Shown here: positions 13,436-27,400 of the stretch, piece by piece
Position numbering within the stretch: position 1 is the stretch's first letter
Layout: the number at the start of each line of letters is the position of its first letter
NCBI RefSeq assembly: GCF_036321535.1
Contig: NC_087437.1
Location: 106,394,001 to 106,458,000 of the forward strand
Direction: 5' to 3'
Length of the DNA: 64,000 nt
Origin: Camelus dromedarius
Lineage: Eukaryota
Notes under the pieces: model-generated
Databases searched by the model: none
What the model was told of the DNA's origin: nothing
What the model saw: only the letters and a program-made list of their open reading frames with translations
Made by a program: the position numbers and the translations under genes

Positions 13436-14783
13436 TACTGTGACACTAAAACTGTAGTCCCGGTTTTAACCCATCTATCTGGCTAATATATATAATGAAA
13501 ATGCACGTATGTCTAGTAATGTTGGCAGATACAGACTACACGTCCTCTGCAAACCAACATAAAAATGAATGTGATTTTTATGTTGTGTATTCCTTAAATA
13601 TAGGTCAGTGATTTCATGTGGCCTCTTCCACCCAGGAAACAGTTGTTGCTAGAGGAAAAACTAGCTGTCCTGGGCTAGTTAAACGATACATACTTTTATG
13701 GCTAAGCTCAAGGAGTTTCAAAGTAATTACGATTATGTAGAATGAATGTTCTCTGTAAACCTGTCTAAGAACTTGACCCCTGCAGCGTGAGCTAGGATTC
13801 CACCGTGATTCCTCCTTTACATAAAAACGTAGTTGTGTATGAATGATGAGAGTAACATAAATTCAGTTGCAAAAAACGTAGAAAACACAAGAAATGATAA
13901 TCCACTTGCCACCCCACCACCAGAGATAACCAAGAGTAATTTTTTAAAAATAGTTTTATCCTTTATGGAACTGATTATTTCATCCCGTCCCACGATCACC
14001 TGGTTACTGTTATGACTGTGGTCAATGAGAATGAATTTTTCAAGATTACTGAAGCACGCAGGAAGCTCCTGGAACGGGAGTTATCAGGTTTGAGGATAGA
14101 GATGGAACCACGAGGATTAATTTCCCCCCAGGTCCATTCCACACTATGTATTTCTCAATTTTCTAATAGACTGTTCTGCACAGTTGGTACAGTTTTTTGT
14201 TCATTTGTTTTTACTTCTAAGTTCTGAGATACACAGTAAATTGGAAACATGCAATCAGTCCTGGGTTTGCACTGAGTCAGTATCACGTTTCATTCTCTAA
14301 AAATTGCTGATGCTTTTAGTGAGCGCAGAAAGCAAAATAAGAAAGGCTCTTTAAAAAGAATACTCGAATGACAGTTTCACTGCTCTTGCGTACATTTTCA
14401 GAAATGCAAAGTCATTCCGGCGACTGTATACAATCTGAGCTCAGATGCCCCGGGAACCTTCACTGCTGGTGCTGGGGTGTTCTGGGCACCAACCCACAAC
14501 GTCCCCTTCTCTCCACCTGCGCTCTGAACCAACCAAGAGAGAGCAGCTAGACATTAATGCATCACCTTTACTTCTGATGAAGGCCAGGCCCATGCCAGCC
14601 CACTGGGGGCTTTCTTTTTGGAGAGTGAGTCACACACAGGGCACGTGGCTTGTCAAGCTGTGTGCAGACGGACTGCAGCTCCACCTTGTACTCCCAGCTG
14701 CACCTGACAAGGGAGGGCGTCTGCGGGATGGGTCCTGTCCGACCTGCACGCTGGAAGCAGTGGTCCTGTCTGATCAGCACCCT

Positions 14784-15255
14784 TGAAGGAGTAGAAAACT
14801 AACAAGGTGGCCATTGAGTCATTCAGGCCTGTGCTTTCAGCTAAACTGATCTTATGACTAACAGGCTCCCCTCCCTGTGCTATCTTTTCTTAGAATAACT
14901 TAATCCCTTTTTACCCTGGAGGTCTTGAAAGAAGGTCATGGACTGAACCTCAGAAAAACGGGCAGACCCTCCTCATAACAACCTCCTTATAACAACAGCA
15001 AGTTCTTACCAAGATGAAGAGAAGGTAACACCCTGTAAAACGCCCTGATTGTTGTCACCTTTTCTGTTCCCTCCAGTTTTTCTACAAAACCTCAAGACCT
15101 CAACCCCAAGATGGGCTCACAGCCTTTAAGGCATGAGCCGGCTCTGACTCCCTTTGCCCGGCAAAGCAATAAAGCTGTTCTTTTCTGTCTTCCTGAAACT
15201 CTGCCTCTCACTCTCAACTTGGCTCTCAGGTACAGAGGCCGGTTTTTCGGCAACA
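14784..15255 (+). mobile_element. ERV1-class solo LTR (472 bp)
   Basis: TG...CA termini (tgaagg...gcaaca), AATAAA near 15168, and a perfect 4-bp TSD ccct at 14780-14783 and 15256-15259. No internal sequence follows. Confidence 0.85.
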
Positions 15256-15443
15256 CCCTCTCCCAAGCTCCTGACAGGTCTTTCTTACCTGAGTAAGAGA
15301 CACCCTGGGGGGACAGAAGGAATCCAAAGGAATGGACAGCAGTGCCCCTCCCAGCAGCCTGCCCTCATTCTCTGCTACGCTATGAAGACAGTGCATGCTA
15401 ATTGATTCATATCTGACAAATGCCTAATTGATGGAAATCCATT

Positions 15444-15906
15444 CAGGCAGACCTCGTTTTATTGTGCTTTGCCTTACTGTACTTTGCAGACTGCGGTTTT
15501 TACAGGTGAAGGTTTGTGGCAACCCTGTGTCAAGCAAATATATAGGCACCATTTTCCCGGAAGCATTTGCTCCCTCTGTGTCTCTGTGTTACATTTTGGT
15601 AACTGTTGCAATATTTCAAACTTTTTCATTAGTATTATATCTGTATGGTGATGTGATCGGTGCTCTTGTTACTACTGCAAAAAGATTACAACTTGCTGAA
15701 GGCTCAGAGGATGGTTACCATTTTTAGCAATCAGGTATTTTTTAACTAAGGTTGTGTACATAGTTTTTAGAGACATAGTGCCATTGCACCCTTAATAGAC
15801 TACAGAAGAGTGTAAACAAACTTTTACATGCACTGGGAAACCAAAAAATTCATGCGACTTGCTTTATTTTGGAAACAAACCCTCAATATCTCGTAGGTAT
15901 GCCTCT
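15444..15906 (+). mobile_element. Tigger1-derived internally deleted DNA transposon (Tigger1a-type MITE)
   Basis: Terminal inverted repeats caggcagacctcg ... cgtaggtatgcct. Tigger1 5' sequence (gaaggtttgtggcaaccctg) is joined at about 15675 to Tigger1 3' sequence (gcaaaaagattac...gctgaaggctcag). Confidence 0.85.
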
Positions 15907-16033
15907 GTCTTGAAGGACGTAAAGCACTGGTTAGCAAGATGGGTTAGCTCATGGCAGGAAGTAAAATTTTCAACATCCATACATAGGTGATTGCACTCAA
16001 AGAGACTGAGATTTATGCTAGTAAGTATACAGG

Positions 16034-16511
16034 TATGAACAAAAAATACTGCAGACCACATTAGCAAACAAAGAATGCTGAAAGCATCAAGTCATCAGCC
16101 ACTGCCACCACCCCCCAGTGAAGACAAGCCTGCAGCCCGGCCTCTGCAGCCACTCACAATGGTGCACCCTGAGGGGACTCAGAATAAGAAAGGACAGGAT
16201 ACTGGCCCTAGATAGCTAGGCGCTTGTCAAAGGAATGAATTCAATGAGCCCAAATATCTGCTTCCTCCCATATATAGAAAAGCGCTAAATTCTTTAACTT
16301 GAGATGCCGGGTTTTCTTTAGATAACAAGTAATCTTTTATTGTTCCAACTACCTGGTCTTTGTTGTAAAGCTCCTATATATCCTGGCTCCTCCCCACCTC
16401 TTCGGAGCAGTCCCTCAGAGCGATCTGAGAGGCTGTCATCCCGGCTTGAGTCTTCCTGCCAAATAAAACTTAACTCTCAACTTTCAGGCTGCGCGTTTAT
16501 TTCAGTCGACA
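16034..16511 (+). mobile_element. ERV1-class solo LTR (about 478 bp)
   Basis: TATA-like cctatata near 16373, AATAAA near 16462, and end ...gtcgaCA. Flanks cagg and cggg fit a 4-bp TSD with one CpG transition. Confidence 0.75.
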
Positions 16512-19411
16512 CGGGGAATAGGCAAGTGTGGGTAAGATCAACGCACATCAGGAGGGAGGACGCTTCCGTTCCTACAGACAGCACATCGTGCTTGTAGACG
16601 TGACAGCTCGTTTGAGATGTTTCTTCATACAGATTTAAAAAACACACAGCAACCCTCTTTTCTCTTCTGCACACTGGCCTATTCGGGTTTTCTTTAACAC
16701 AAAACTCATTCTGCAGTGGACATTTTTAGGACAGCAATGGTCCTTTCTCTTCTGCATTGGCAGACCTGCAGGACCCCTTAACAATGTAGGAACCAAGCCC
16801 GGCGACGGAAGGTGCTTGGTGTCTGGGGCTTGGCGATGGATGGAAGTGTCTGTTTTTGGGGAGGCATTAACAGAGCAGAAGTGGAGAAGCTGAAAGGATT
16901 CACTTTAAGAAAATTAATTTGGAGCCAAGAAAATTAAAATAATTTTATCATCCATTAGTGAGCTCTTTCACTTATTTGTTCATTTATTCAACTGTTGAGC
17001 AATCAATCCTACCGTCTTGCCGGCCAGTGCAGGAAATGATGAAGGCAGTTTCTTTCTACTCAATGCTCAAGGCCCCAGAGGAAAGATGGGCCCAAATGTA
17101 ATTCCCCTGTAAATGCTCGGGTCAGGGGAATAGGCAGAGTGAGGAAGAAACACACTGGGACTTCGGGGCTGGGGATAGTGATAGTACACATTGGCTAAGG
17201 AAGAGAGACGGCTGCCCTGGTACATGCACGCGCCATGCACAAGGCACAGAAGACGGGATGCCCAAACGCTGGGACTTTTCTCGTTGTTGGAGCACAAGGG
17301 AGGCGAAAGGGGAAGCAGCTTAGACAGAAGCCAGGGGCTTTACATTTGTGGGGCACACACAGGGCAGAGGAAGACGCTGACCGGCACGAAGTCCATGCCG
17401 TTAGCAGAAGTCAGACTATGGGGATTCTGTGGGTTGAGTGGCCTGCAGTTCATTAATAGGTAAATTATAAAGAAAAAAGGGGCAGAGGGGAAACCTGGGG
17501 ATTATAAAATACTAGTTAGGTCAACATTAAAAAATGGGGAAGAAGACAGTGGGCAAGGAATGCACATTAGCATGAGAAAGCCAGAAAGATGTTTAAGGAA
17601 GTGATACAAAGAACACTGTTACTTTGGTGGTGGTGGGAGGTGTGGGGGCAGGTGTGATGGGAGACAGCACAGGTGGCTGGTAATATTTTTATTCTTGACC
17701 TCAGTTTTGTCCAACAAAAGAGCAGAGAGGGAGAAAGACAGGTTCTATTTAGGCATGTTGAGTTTGTGATAATTCCAACACATCGTGGTGGAGAGCTCTG
17801 GAGCCACTGGAAATATGGGCCCAAAGAGCTCACGTCTATGCTGAAACAGTCCAAAGGGAAGAACCAGAATGAAAATGGGAGTTTTCCCATTTTCCCAGGT
17901 ATTTTGGGAAAAAAAGCCCACATCAGATTCCCCAAAAGGGATTTACTGTATATTGAATTCTACTAGATAATTCCACCCAGACTGTAGTTCCGCCCACAAT
18001 GAAGTGCCAGGTCCTCACTGAAAATTCTTTACAGCATCTAACTGTCCTGCGCTTGGTGGTTACTGTTAACCTCAAGGAGCAAAGTATCCTGTCTCCAAAT
18101 CAAGAGCTACAGGTCTTTCCCCTCCATTCACTCCTTAATCAAATCATTTTAGTATGAGCGCCCATGAGATGATTAAAACAAACAAAAAAACCCTTTTTTT
18201 TAAATGCTGTAAAGGAAAAGCGAGAAAACTGTGTAGGAGGTAAAAAATAAAGTTGCCTCCATCCCTTTTCCACTTTCCCTTTGAACATGCTCTCCCTTCA
18301 GACGACGAAGTGAAATGCAGGTGGTGTCACTGAGGCCAGCTCTGCTTGAATACATTATAGAAGATGGTCATGTTTTAACACTGCATAGTCAGAGAAAGGT
18401 AGTTATATTTTTTAATCTGATCATGTAAAAAGGGGAAAGTGTAACAATGACCTGCGAACCAGGAATCCTGGTGCCAGAGATGTGTTGGAAAATTAGCCCA
18501 GATGACCACTTCCTCACCGAGAATGGGGAACCCATGCTGCTGCCTGACACAACTGCTTCCATCATATACTGCTTCCCGCCCCCTAAGGGGCATCCAGCCC
18601 AGTCCTTCCTTCCAAACTCATCTCCACCCTTCCCAGTCTCTGCACTGGACCTCATCCAAGCCCCCAATGCTTTTCTGTCAGAAATTCACATGGTAGTCTA
18701 TTGATTTCCTTTCTCAAAAAAAGCTGCTTAAAAATGTTATTTTCATCTCAGCCGAGTGACCCTTTTCTCTCCTCCACTCTGCTCTGGAAAAGTCTCAACT
18801 TAGAAATTAAAAACAAAAACAAAAACCAGAATCTCAAATTATGATACACTATAAAAAGAGTTAGCAACTTCCTCTGAGATTTCTACTCTTCCCCTCTTTT
18901 ACATAATCAGATTAAAAAAAAAACTACCTTTCTCTGAATATAAAGTATTAAAAGATGATCATCTTCTATAATGTAATTAATTCACCTCAAAATTTAGAGT
19001 CTTCTACACTAATTACCACAGAGCTCCAATAGCCTTTTATTTAGTGTGAGGTACACAGTCTTAATTCAAATATACTTTAAGCTTCAACAACAAATTAAAA
19101 AATGATTCACAGGATGGTGCATTTATACATGTCTTTTCATCTTCCAAGTGCAGTAAGCATTAATTAACCCTGGCTAATTAAAACAACCGTGGTTTACAAA
19201 TTTACTCATTAATCTGCTTCAAGCAAATGCAAAGCATTTAAAGCCTTTCACAATTTGAACCAATTAAACATGGAACTTATTAATTTTTTGTAAAGGAAGA
19301 GGTCATAAATTCAAGGCATGCAGTCTTTTGACTTAAATTTGATAGCATTTTTGAAAGAAACTTGGACAATTTTTTGGATCCACAGAAGTTAAGGCAAATT
19401 AAAAATAAAAC

Positions 19412-19898
19412 TGATGTGGGTTGAATTGTGTCCCCTCCCCACAAAATATACTGAAGTCCTAACCCCTGGTACCTACGAATATGACGTTATTTGGAAATAG
19501 GGTATTTACGGATGCAATCAAGTAAAGATGAGATCATACTAGAATAAAGACAGGCCCTCAATCTAGTATGGAGTGGGGTGGACACTACTAGAGTGAGGCG
19601 GGCTCTTGACCACACTGGACAGAGACGATGCGGAGAACACTACGTGAGGACAGGGGCAGAGGCTGGAGCGGTGCACCTGTAAGTCAAAGGAATGTCAGGG
19701 ATTGCTGGCAACAGCAGAAGCAAGAAAAAGGAAGGAAACAGATACTCCCCTGGGGCCTTTGCAGGGAGCCTGGCCCCGTGGACACCTTCATTTCAGACTT
19801 CTAGCCTCCAGAATGGTGAGAGAATACATTTCTGTTGTTTTAGGCCACCCAGTTGATGGTCATTTGTTACGGCAGTCCCAGGAAACTACTGGACTACA
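19412..19898 (+). mobile_element. MaLR solo LTR (MLT1B/MLT1C-like)
   Basis: gggttgaattgtgtcccc...gaagtcctaacccc...ttatttggaaataggg...gacttctagcctccagaa...tttctgttgttttaggccaccc. Confidence 0.85.
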
Positions 19899-20303
19899 CA
19901 TATAAGCAAGTATTACCTGTTTGTTAGTAAGATAACCATTTCTAGCCATTAACAAACATACTGGAGTAGAATGTGGATTCTTAGTGAGCCCTCTGTTCAA
20001 GGCCGGGATAGACAGACTGGAGAGAAGAAAAAAGAGTTCTATAATCTAATGGTCTAATTTAGCCCCATCAGTGCGGAGATGTTGCCCCTCTGAGCGCCAG
20101 CAGGTGCTTTCAGTGGAGACTAAAAGCTTCTCTGCTTCACCTCTCAGCTCCCCGCCTCCCTTCTACAGGGAACACTGTCCATGTCCTTTTCTTGCCCATC
20201 ACCAGCTGCAGGTCTTAACCATGGGGATTCTGGGTACCAGGGAGGGCACAAGCTCAGCAAGGCAGGGGCACGGCCTCAGTTCCAAACACCCTGTAAACAC
20301 AGA

Positions 20304-20841
20304 TGTTCCGTCACGTCCTTCCTGAGAAGCCAGCAGCTCAGCCGTCCCTGGCAGCACGATGCGTGGCAAACTTGGTCAAAGAATTTACCAGAGGTTAAGT
20401 ATAAAAATCGAAAGGAGTTTATCAGGGTGCGCTGTCATAGACAGCAGTGGGCCACACAGGCGAGGGGTGCCTGCGTGAGCACCAAGGGCCGGTTATTGGG
20501 GTCTTTATAAGGTAGGGTCTCAAGGTGCCTGATCGGCTTGTGTGCAAGTCTCTGCTTGGTTGTAGGTGAGGTAAGAGGTTTAGGGTCCGTGAAGGGCGGC
20601 AGGGTTTGGCTCTGCTAAGGTGGGCTGAAACAAGCCAGCCTGAGCTGTTGTGAGATTAAGCATTACCTGGGGTTATTCACTTGTTAGGGGAAACACACCC
20701 AGTAAAGAATGTAGTTTATCTGTTGAGGGATCACAGGCATATCTGAGAGCCCAGAAATGGGGTCATTGGACTTTGAAGGATGTCAGTGGGCCCAGCTAAA
20801 CTGAGCGACGGACGTTGGGGCAGCTGGAGTCATCCGTAACA
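20304..20841 (-). mobile_element. Probable ERV solo LTR, family unassigned
   Basis: About 540 bp block with TG...CA ends forming an imperfect inverted repeat (tgttccg / cgtaaca) and antisense poly(A)- and TATA-like motifs. No clear TSD. Confidence 0.45.
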
Positions 20842-21439
20842 TTCAGCATATCAATTTTAACTTGAGTTCACTCTCCACAAGCTGGATCTTAACTCAAAAG
20901 TTCTCCAGGAGCCTAAAATTCTTCTTTTTATTCTTGTATGAAAGATGGATGATTAGAACAGAATACTTAATAGAATGAATGTTTAATACAACTTCTAGGT
21001 TATTGGCTCAAGATATGAGAAGACATGGCTCCAATACCTGCTTATTGGTTTATCCTGCTAAACTATGTTATATTATCTGGTCTGTCCTTATGCTTTAACA
21101 CTGGGAATGCTTGGCTTTAGTCCCTCAGAGACAAAGAGAAGACTGTGGAGAAATCAGTAAGAGAACAGCATTTAAGAATCCATCAAACCTCTCCGATGTC
21201 AAGTGCATGCTTTCTATATACCAAAGAGGTCTTACATTTGAAATTCATCGAGAGAGTGGAAGATGGTGGATGTGAAAACTGGTTTCAGTGACTTCGGGTA
21301 GAGAAGCAAGAAAAGTGTCTTGCATGGCCTCCCTTGAGTTTTTGAGGATGAAAGAACCCAAGCGCACTGAACAGATGATGGTTGAGAAACACGGAAGACG
21401 GGGTACACTGGCTCTGTCCCAAAGCAGGATGTAGCCAAC

Positions 21440-21812
21440 TGTTAGGGACTGAACTATTTCCCCCCAAACTCATATGTTAAAGTCCTAACCCCCAATATGA
21501 TTGCATTTGGAGATGGGGAGCTTTAAGGAGGTAATTAAGGTTCAATGAAGTCACAGGGTGGGGATCTATTTCAACAAGACTGGAAGAGAAAGGGCCCCCG
21601 GAGATTTCTCACTCGCGCACAGAGAAAAGGCCATGCGAGGACACAGCAAGAAGGCAGCCGTCTACACGCCAAGGAGAGAGGACTTGGGAGAAGTCAAACT
21701 TGCAGAGACGTGATCCTGGACTTCCAGCCTCCAAAACTGTGAGAAAAAAATTTCTGTTGCTTAAGCCCACAATCTATGGTGTTTTATTACGGTAGCCCGA
21801 GTAGACCAGAAC
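21440..21812 (+). mobile_element. MaLR solo LTR (MLT1A-like)
   Basis: catatgttaaagtcctaaccccc...tttggagatgggg...ggacacagcaagaaggcagccgtct...ggacttccagcctccaaaactgtgagaaa. Confidence 0.85.
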
Positions 21813-24800
21813 ACCCACCGAGTCAAACCCAGATAAAAGGAAGATCAAAGGGCAGAACAGCTTTGTCTGAGGGATTTTGCTTTCTTCGTCTTCTTGATTG
21901 TTTGTTTGTTTGTTTTGGAAAAGGTGATAGCTGAAGATCAGAAAAGGCATGTAAATTACCAGTGGGTCACCAGGGACCTGCAGTGAACTTCGTGTCCTGC
22001 CTGCCCCTTTCATAAAAATGATAAGGAAGTGAGCCCCTTCCATTATGACTCAGTTGAAGGGTAGAAAGGATACATGACCTTTGGTGCTTTTGATTTTCTT
22101 TCCTTGTGATGGCCACTTGCCAAGAGAGTTCTCAGTGCTCTCCTTTGCTCCCTGCCTTCACCCTGGGCAGAGGGAAAAATCCGAATGACAATTTCCTCAT
22201 GTGTCTGGGGCATGTCCAGTTAGTAGTCTGTTCACTTTGGGGATCAAGAACAAAAACAAAAACAAAAAAACAGGAGACGGTGTAGGATTTCTATGCCACG
22301 TTCCCATAGGAGAGACTTTGAGAAATGAATATAATTTGCATTCCTGTATGATCCCCAAATACACTCACTCCTGCTTAACAGAGAGAGCTGCTCCCAGGTC
22401 CAGCACCTGGAGTTGGTAGCCAGCGTGCCCTGTCTTGGTAATTTTTCTGCCAATTCTCCAAGAAGACACACACTTCCTGAGCTAATGTTAGGCTCCCTGA
22501 CAGTCCTCCAAGATCAAGCTTTTACCGTGTGTCATTCCCCATGTTGACAAGTCCAGGTGTATTTTGTCAATTTTCCCCTTCATCTCATTAAAATAATATC
22601 ACTTTAGATTTGAAGAGAGCTTAAATGAGTCATTTCTTTAAGTAAAATGTCAGTATCAGTATTAGAAAGTGAAGATTAAAGAGGGAAGAAAAGACTCTGG
22701 CAGGCAGAGGAGTGGATGCACAATTTCTGAAAGGGCAAGTAAAAACGCCAAGGGGGAAAACGTTAGGAAAGATAGCCCTTTTCTGACTGAAGTCTGCCCT
22801 ACACCTGGACTGCTCATTCCTCCTTTTAGATATAGTTAATCGAAGTTAATAAGCAGTTTATGAAATCCCTTTTCATAATAAGAAGTCTTAACTTGGATAA
22901 ATAAAATTAGCCATCAACGCAGTCACATCTAAACAAATTCTCAATGAATTTGAACTTGAAAGTTAATAACGCTTCACTTTAATATATTACACAATCACAG
23001 CTTTGGAAATAAGCACCACCAGAAATCCACAGGGCTAATTTACCAGGGCATGTTAGTTTTCAATGACAACAACTGCTATTCTTCTATGTTCAAGATCAGC
23101 ATAGATATAATCTAAGTGGGTAAGAATCCTTGTATTTTTGCTATTTCATATAAGCAGGAGTTTTTAAACTTTTGAGTATTTAAGAATCACCTGGGGAGGC
23201 CAGGAAAATGAAGATTTCTACAAAACAGAGGTGGAGTCCAGGAATCTGCCTTTTTAACAAGAATGCCTCCAAATTATTGGGCTTCCCTTGGCCCCAAGAG
23301 CACATTAAGAATCAATGGCTTCCAGAATAACAATTTCCATAGGAAGGGCGTTGGATGAGCTCACAGGTGCCTTTCACATCCAAGGACGTACAGTAACCAA
23401 ACTGAAGACAGCAAATGCCAGAGACTGTTCTCTGTCCACGGCTGATGCATAAAGGCACAGAAATCACCCAGAGCAGTGAAGAAGGTTCAGGCTGAGGGAT
23501 GAGCTCATCGCACTAGCCTGTCTTCTCAGTGGGTTCCAAGGACCTCTGGTCCAGATTAACAAGGCCGTACAGAAAACTAGAGCAGCCAGACTCAGACTCC
23601 CACAGAGGGCTCCCAGGTCTGCTCTACTATGCCCTCTCTGTTGTCTGTTTGTTTGTTTTAAAGAAAAAGGGTTTCGTTTTTTCACATCCAAGTATCTGAA
23701 GACCCGCTTTGATCTCTGAAGGGCTTTGGCAAGACATGGTGAACCCCCTGGGCCTTGACCACTTTTATTGCACATTTAGTCTCTGATTTTGATCAAACCA
23801 CTTAATCACCTAGAACCCTTAATCTGAAAACGGAGAGGCTTGATTCCACGTTGCTGCTCCCTTGAAGAAGTGTGGGCAGAAGCATGGGTGCAGGTGCACA
23901 CTGAATGCGGGGAGGCACCCCTCTCTTTATTTCACATCAAAGAGATCTAGAAAGCAAGCAAGATCTCTCGCATATATTCACACAATGTTTGACTTACAAA
24001 CGGACACGTGTTAATCAATAGACAGGATATTTAGGTCTTTTTTTTTCCCCCTAGATAATTTTGTTTTAGTAATAACTCTGTAGACAGTCTCACCTTGACT
24101 TCTCCTCTTATACCCAAAAGAGATACGTCAGGTATAAGAAAGTTTCTCCCTCAAGATGGAGAGAAGGCGCTCAGTGTTGAGCAATTGGTTTCCTGCCAAA
24201 AGGAAGGTGAGAGAAATAAAGCAGACTTAGCCCGTAAACTTGAAATACATCGTGGCAGGGCCTGAGTACCGGACTAAAAAGGCACCTCCCCCGCACCCCA
24301 CCTACTCCTCCTTTTCTTGTAACAGCTTCTTTCTGCTGTTTTACTCATGATAAGTGACACTGCCAACAGCAGTTTGGAAACTTTTCAGACTGACTCTTAG
24401 CAGGAAAGGGAGGGATCGTTTCTGTAATTATTGTGATTACCCTCAAAACTCTTAAATTGGGTTGGTTTGCTCCAAGTGTTCATTTTTGGTATTAAAAAAT
24501 TTTTTTGTTGTTGCCAAGTCCTTGTTTTGACAGACAACAACTATCCTAAAAAACAGGAAGGGAAGGCAGCAATAGTGCATTAGGAAGGAGTTTTGTTTTG
24601 TTTTGTTTTGTTTTTTTAACAGAATTACGTAGAAATTGAGAGCTCTAGGGTTATCACAGGCTCTAAAACCTTGTAAGAAGAAACCAGAGATGGTCTAACA
24701 CTTCCATTGATCACTTAGACTGAGGGCTTAAACCATTTCCACCTGAAGTTCCTTGAAACGTTCCGTCTCCAGCCAACATCACATGTAATTTCCCTATAAT

Positions 24801-25472
24801 TTTAGGGGCACTGAACCTCAAATTGAGAGAAAAAGAAACTGAAGAGTCTGAGAAGACGAAGCCAAGTCTGCTGCCTGTCATTTGTCCTTTCTTTGCAGTG
24901 ATATTAAAAGTAGTGATGCTTATCAAAAGATATAAATGGTACTGAGGGAAATCAAGTCACAGGGGAGGTGCCCCTCCCCTCTCCACAGGTGGGCCAGGGT
25001 ATCTGGGGGAATATGGTGTCAAATTAGAAAGGGCTGTGCATTTAATGTATTTGGTAGTCAAGTAGTCTCATAAGGTTACACCCTTCTACTGCTTTTGAGT
25101 CTCCTTTTCACTTACCCATGTTATGACAAGGTATGATAGATTTTCAAAATTACCAGTTTGACAGTTTGAGAAATAAGCTTTTGATTGGTACTATTTAATC
25201 ATGCATGAGAATCGTGCGTCTTTTTACCTGAACTATTCTGCAATTACGTATCTTCTTCTGTGGAGCAACACTGCTGTATTTTACAAATTAATCAAACACA
25301 TTATTAATCAAATGGTTAAGGTTTTCGCCTTAACCATTTTTTTGGTGGCATATAGTTTTTACCCTGTGGATGTTGGACAGAAGAGTATGGGTAAATCTAA
25401 CTGGCTTATTGGTATGCTAGAATCGAGCCTCACCTATTTATTTACGTTTTGGAAGTTGAATACATTCTAAAT

Positions 25473-25655
25473 CAGTCATTCTCAAAGTTTCGCACGCATC
25501 AGAGTCACTTGGGCAGCTTGTTAAAAGCTAGATCACTGATCTCTCAACCCAATATTGCTGATTCAGGAGGTCAGGGGTGGGGCCAGAGAATGTGAATTTC
25601 TAGCAAGTTTCCAGGGGACACTGAGCTGCAGGTCCAAGAACCACAGTTCTTCTAA
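25473..25655. mobile_element. MER5A-like hAT MITE
   Basis: cagtcattctcaaagttt...gcatcagagtcacttggg...cttgttaaaa...gattcaggaggtcaggggtggggcc...tttctagcaagtttccagg. Confidence 0.7.
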
Positions 25656-27094
25656 CTGAAGAATCTCTTGAAGACAGGTATTGCAATACTTACTTGTACC
25701 TAGTAATTTGTTTCAGGAGAAACAAAGGCACAAGAAATTTGATTCACACCCTCCAAGTGCTTATAATTTGTACGCTTTATAATTTAAAGTCAGAGGTGAC
25801 ATGAGAGTTGGGGTTTTGGAAGCTCAATGAAATCTCAGTAGGCGAGACTGGGCAGGGGCTTGCAGGGAGATGGAACAACACACATAAAGGTACCCAGGGC
25901 TGTGGACGTGAGATCAGCTTCTGGGAAAGCTAGGCTCATGAAGGAGAAGACAGGGAGAAACCATTTGCTTTGGCTGCCCAGGATCATTCTGAGGATCAAA
26001 TGACTCTTAAAAAAGAAGAAAGAAGAGAAATAAAGCAAAGCTAGTCATCAAGACGACAGAGGAATGATATAAACTTAGAAAAAAACATCCACAAACCCTT
26101 TCATCAAATTCTTTTTCTTTCCTCTTCTATTCTCTTTTCTAAATATATCTGAGTGAAAACACACGAACTGTGTCTGCACAGCCATGAAAACGACTCCTTC
26201 CCCTGGCTCAGGAGATGACCTAATAACGTGCGCAATTTGAAGGGTTTCAGCCAGCGACATTCACAGGGCTGAACTCATAAAGCCTGATCTCTCACGAATG
26301 GGTAAGACCTGGCTGAGGATTACTGCCTTGTGTTTTCAGAGGAATTTATGCTTGTCCTGCCCAGAAACACCTCATGGCAATCATGCAGAAGGCACACTTG
26401 TTGTCATTTTTTGTGAGTTCACGTATGACTTCTAAGTAAACGCAGAACACAAATGTAACCAAAAATCCTGGAACATGTGCAATGTTGCTGACGCTACCGT
26501 CCTTAAAAATACCTTTGCGTTGTCTTAAGCATTCAAGGGTGCTGAGTCTTTCCCTTAGGAAGAGTCTTATTACTGAGTCATATACGCGAAAAAAGGGACA
26601 TTTCTTGCGCCTGTATTATTTTAAAAGAACAGGTGCTGAAGCTGAATAAATAGCTTCCAGAATCCAGCTGTGTTTAACTTGGCATCAGCAGGGATGCAGA
26701 GCAAACACCACTGGATACAGAGGCAGCAGAAGAGATTTGGCCTTTGGTCTCACTAATCAGATGCACGACCTTGGGCATGTCACAGTTTCTTGGAGCCAGT
26801 GAAATGATGGGGCTGAGCCGGCTGAAAACTAGGTTCCCTTCTCCTCTAATTATCTTCAGTGAGTGATGGCGGAAGTGAGGAATGGCTGCCAGATGATACG
26901 GCCTGATGCCAAGAGACACCGTGATCAGCGTCCCTCACCTTAATGAGAGCGGCAGCTCTCTCACCTGTTTTTATGCAGAGTCTCCCCAAGCAGATTCTAA
27001 GTTATTTGAGTAGGAAAGACTGTGCCCTATACCTGCAAAATACCTGGGGATGAGCACAGAATCTGGAATATGGTGGGCAATGAACAGACACACA

Positions 27095-27300
27095 CTACTG
27101 TACAGAAAACAGAGAAACAACAAGGACCTACTTTATAGCACAGGGGACTATATTCATATCTTGCAATTACCTAAATGGAAAAGAATCTGAAAAAGAATAT
27201 ATATATATATATACATATATATATGCATAACTGAATCACTTTGCTGTACACCTGAAGCTAACACAGCACTGTAAATCAGCTATACTCCAGTGAAAAAATA
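27095..27300 (+). mobile_element. 5'-truncated L1 3' UTR end
   Basis: aacaacaaggacctactttatagcacagggg...actgaatcactttgctgtacacctgaagctaacac...ctatactccagtgaaaaaa. Confidence 0.85.
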
Positions 27301-27400
27301 ACAAACACTTATTGAGGATCCAACATCCTCGGTCAATTCCTGAATGCCCTTGCTATTCGCAATGGCAAATGATACGAACGTACATACACATATATACTCT

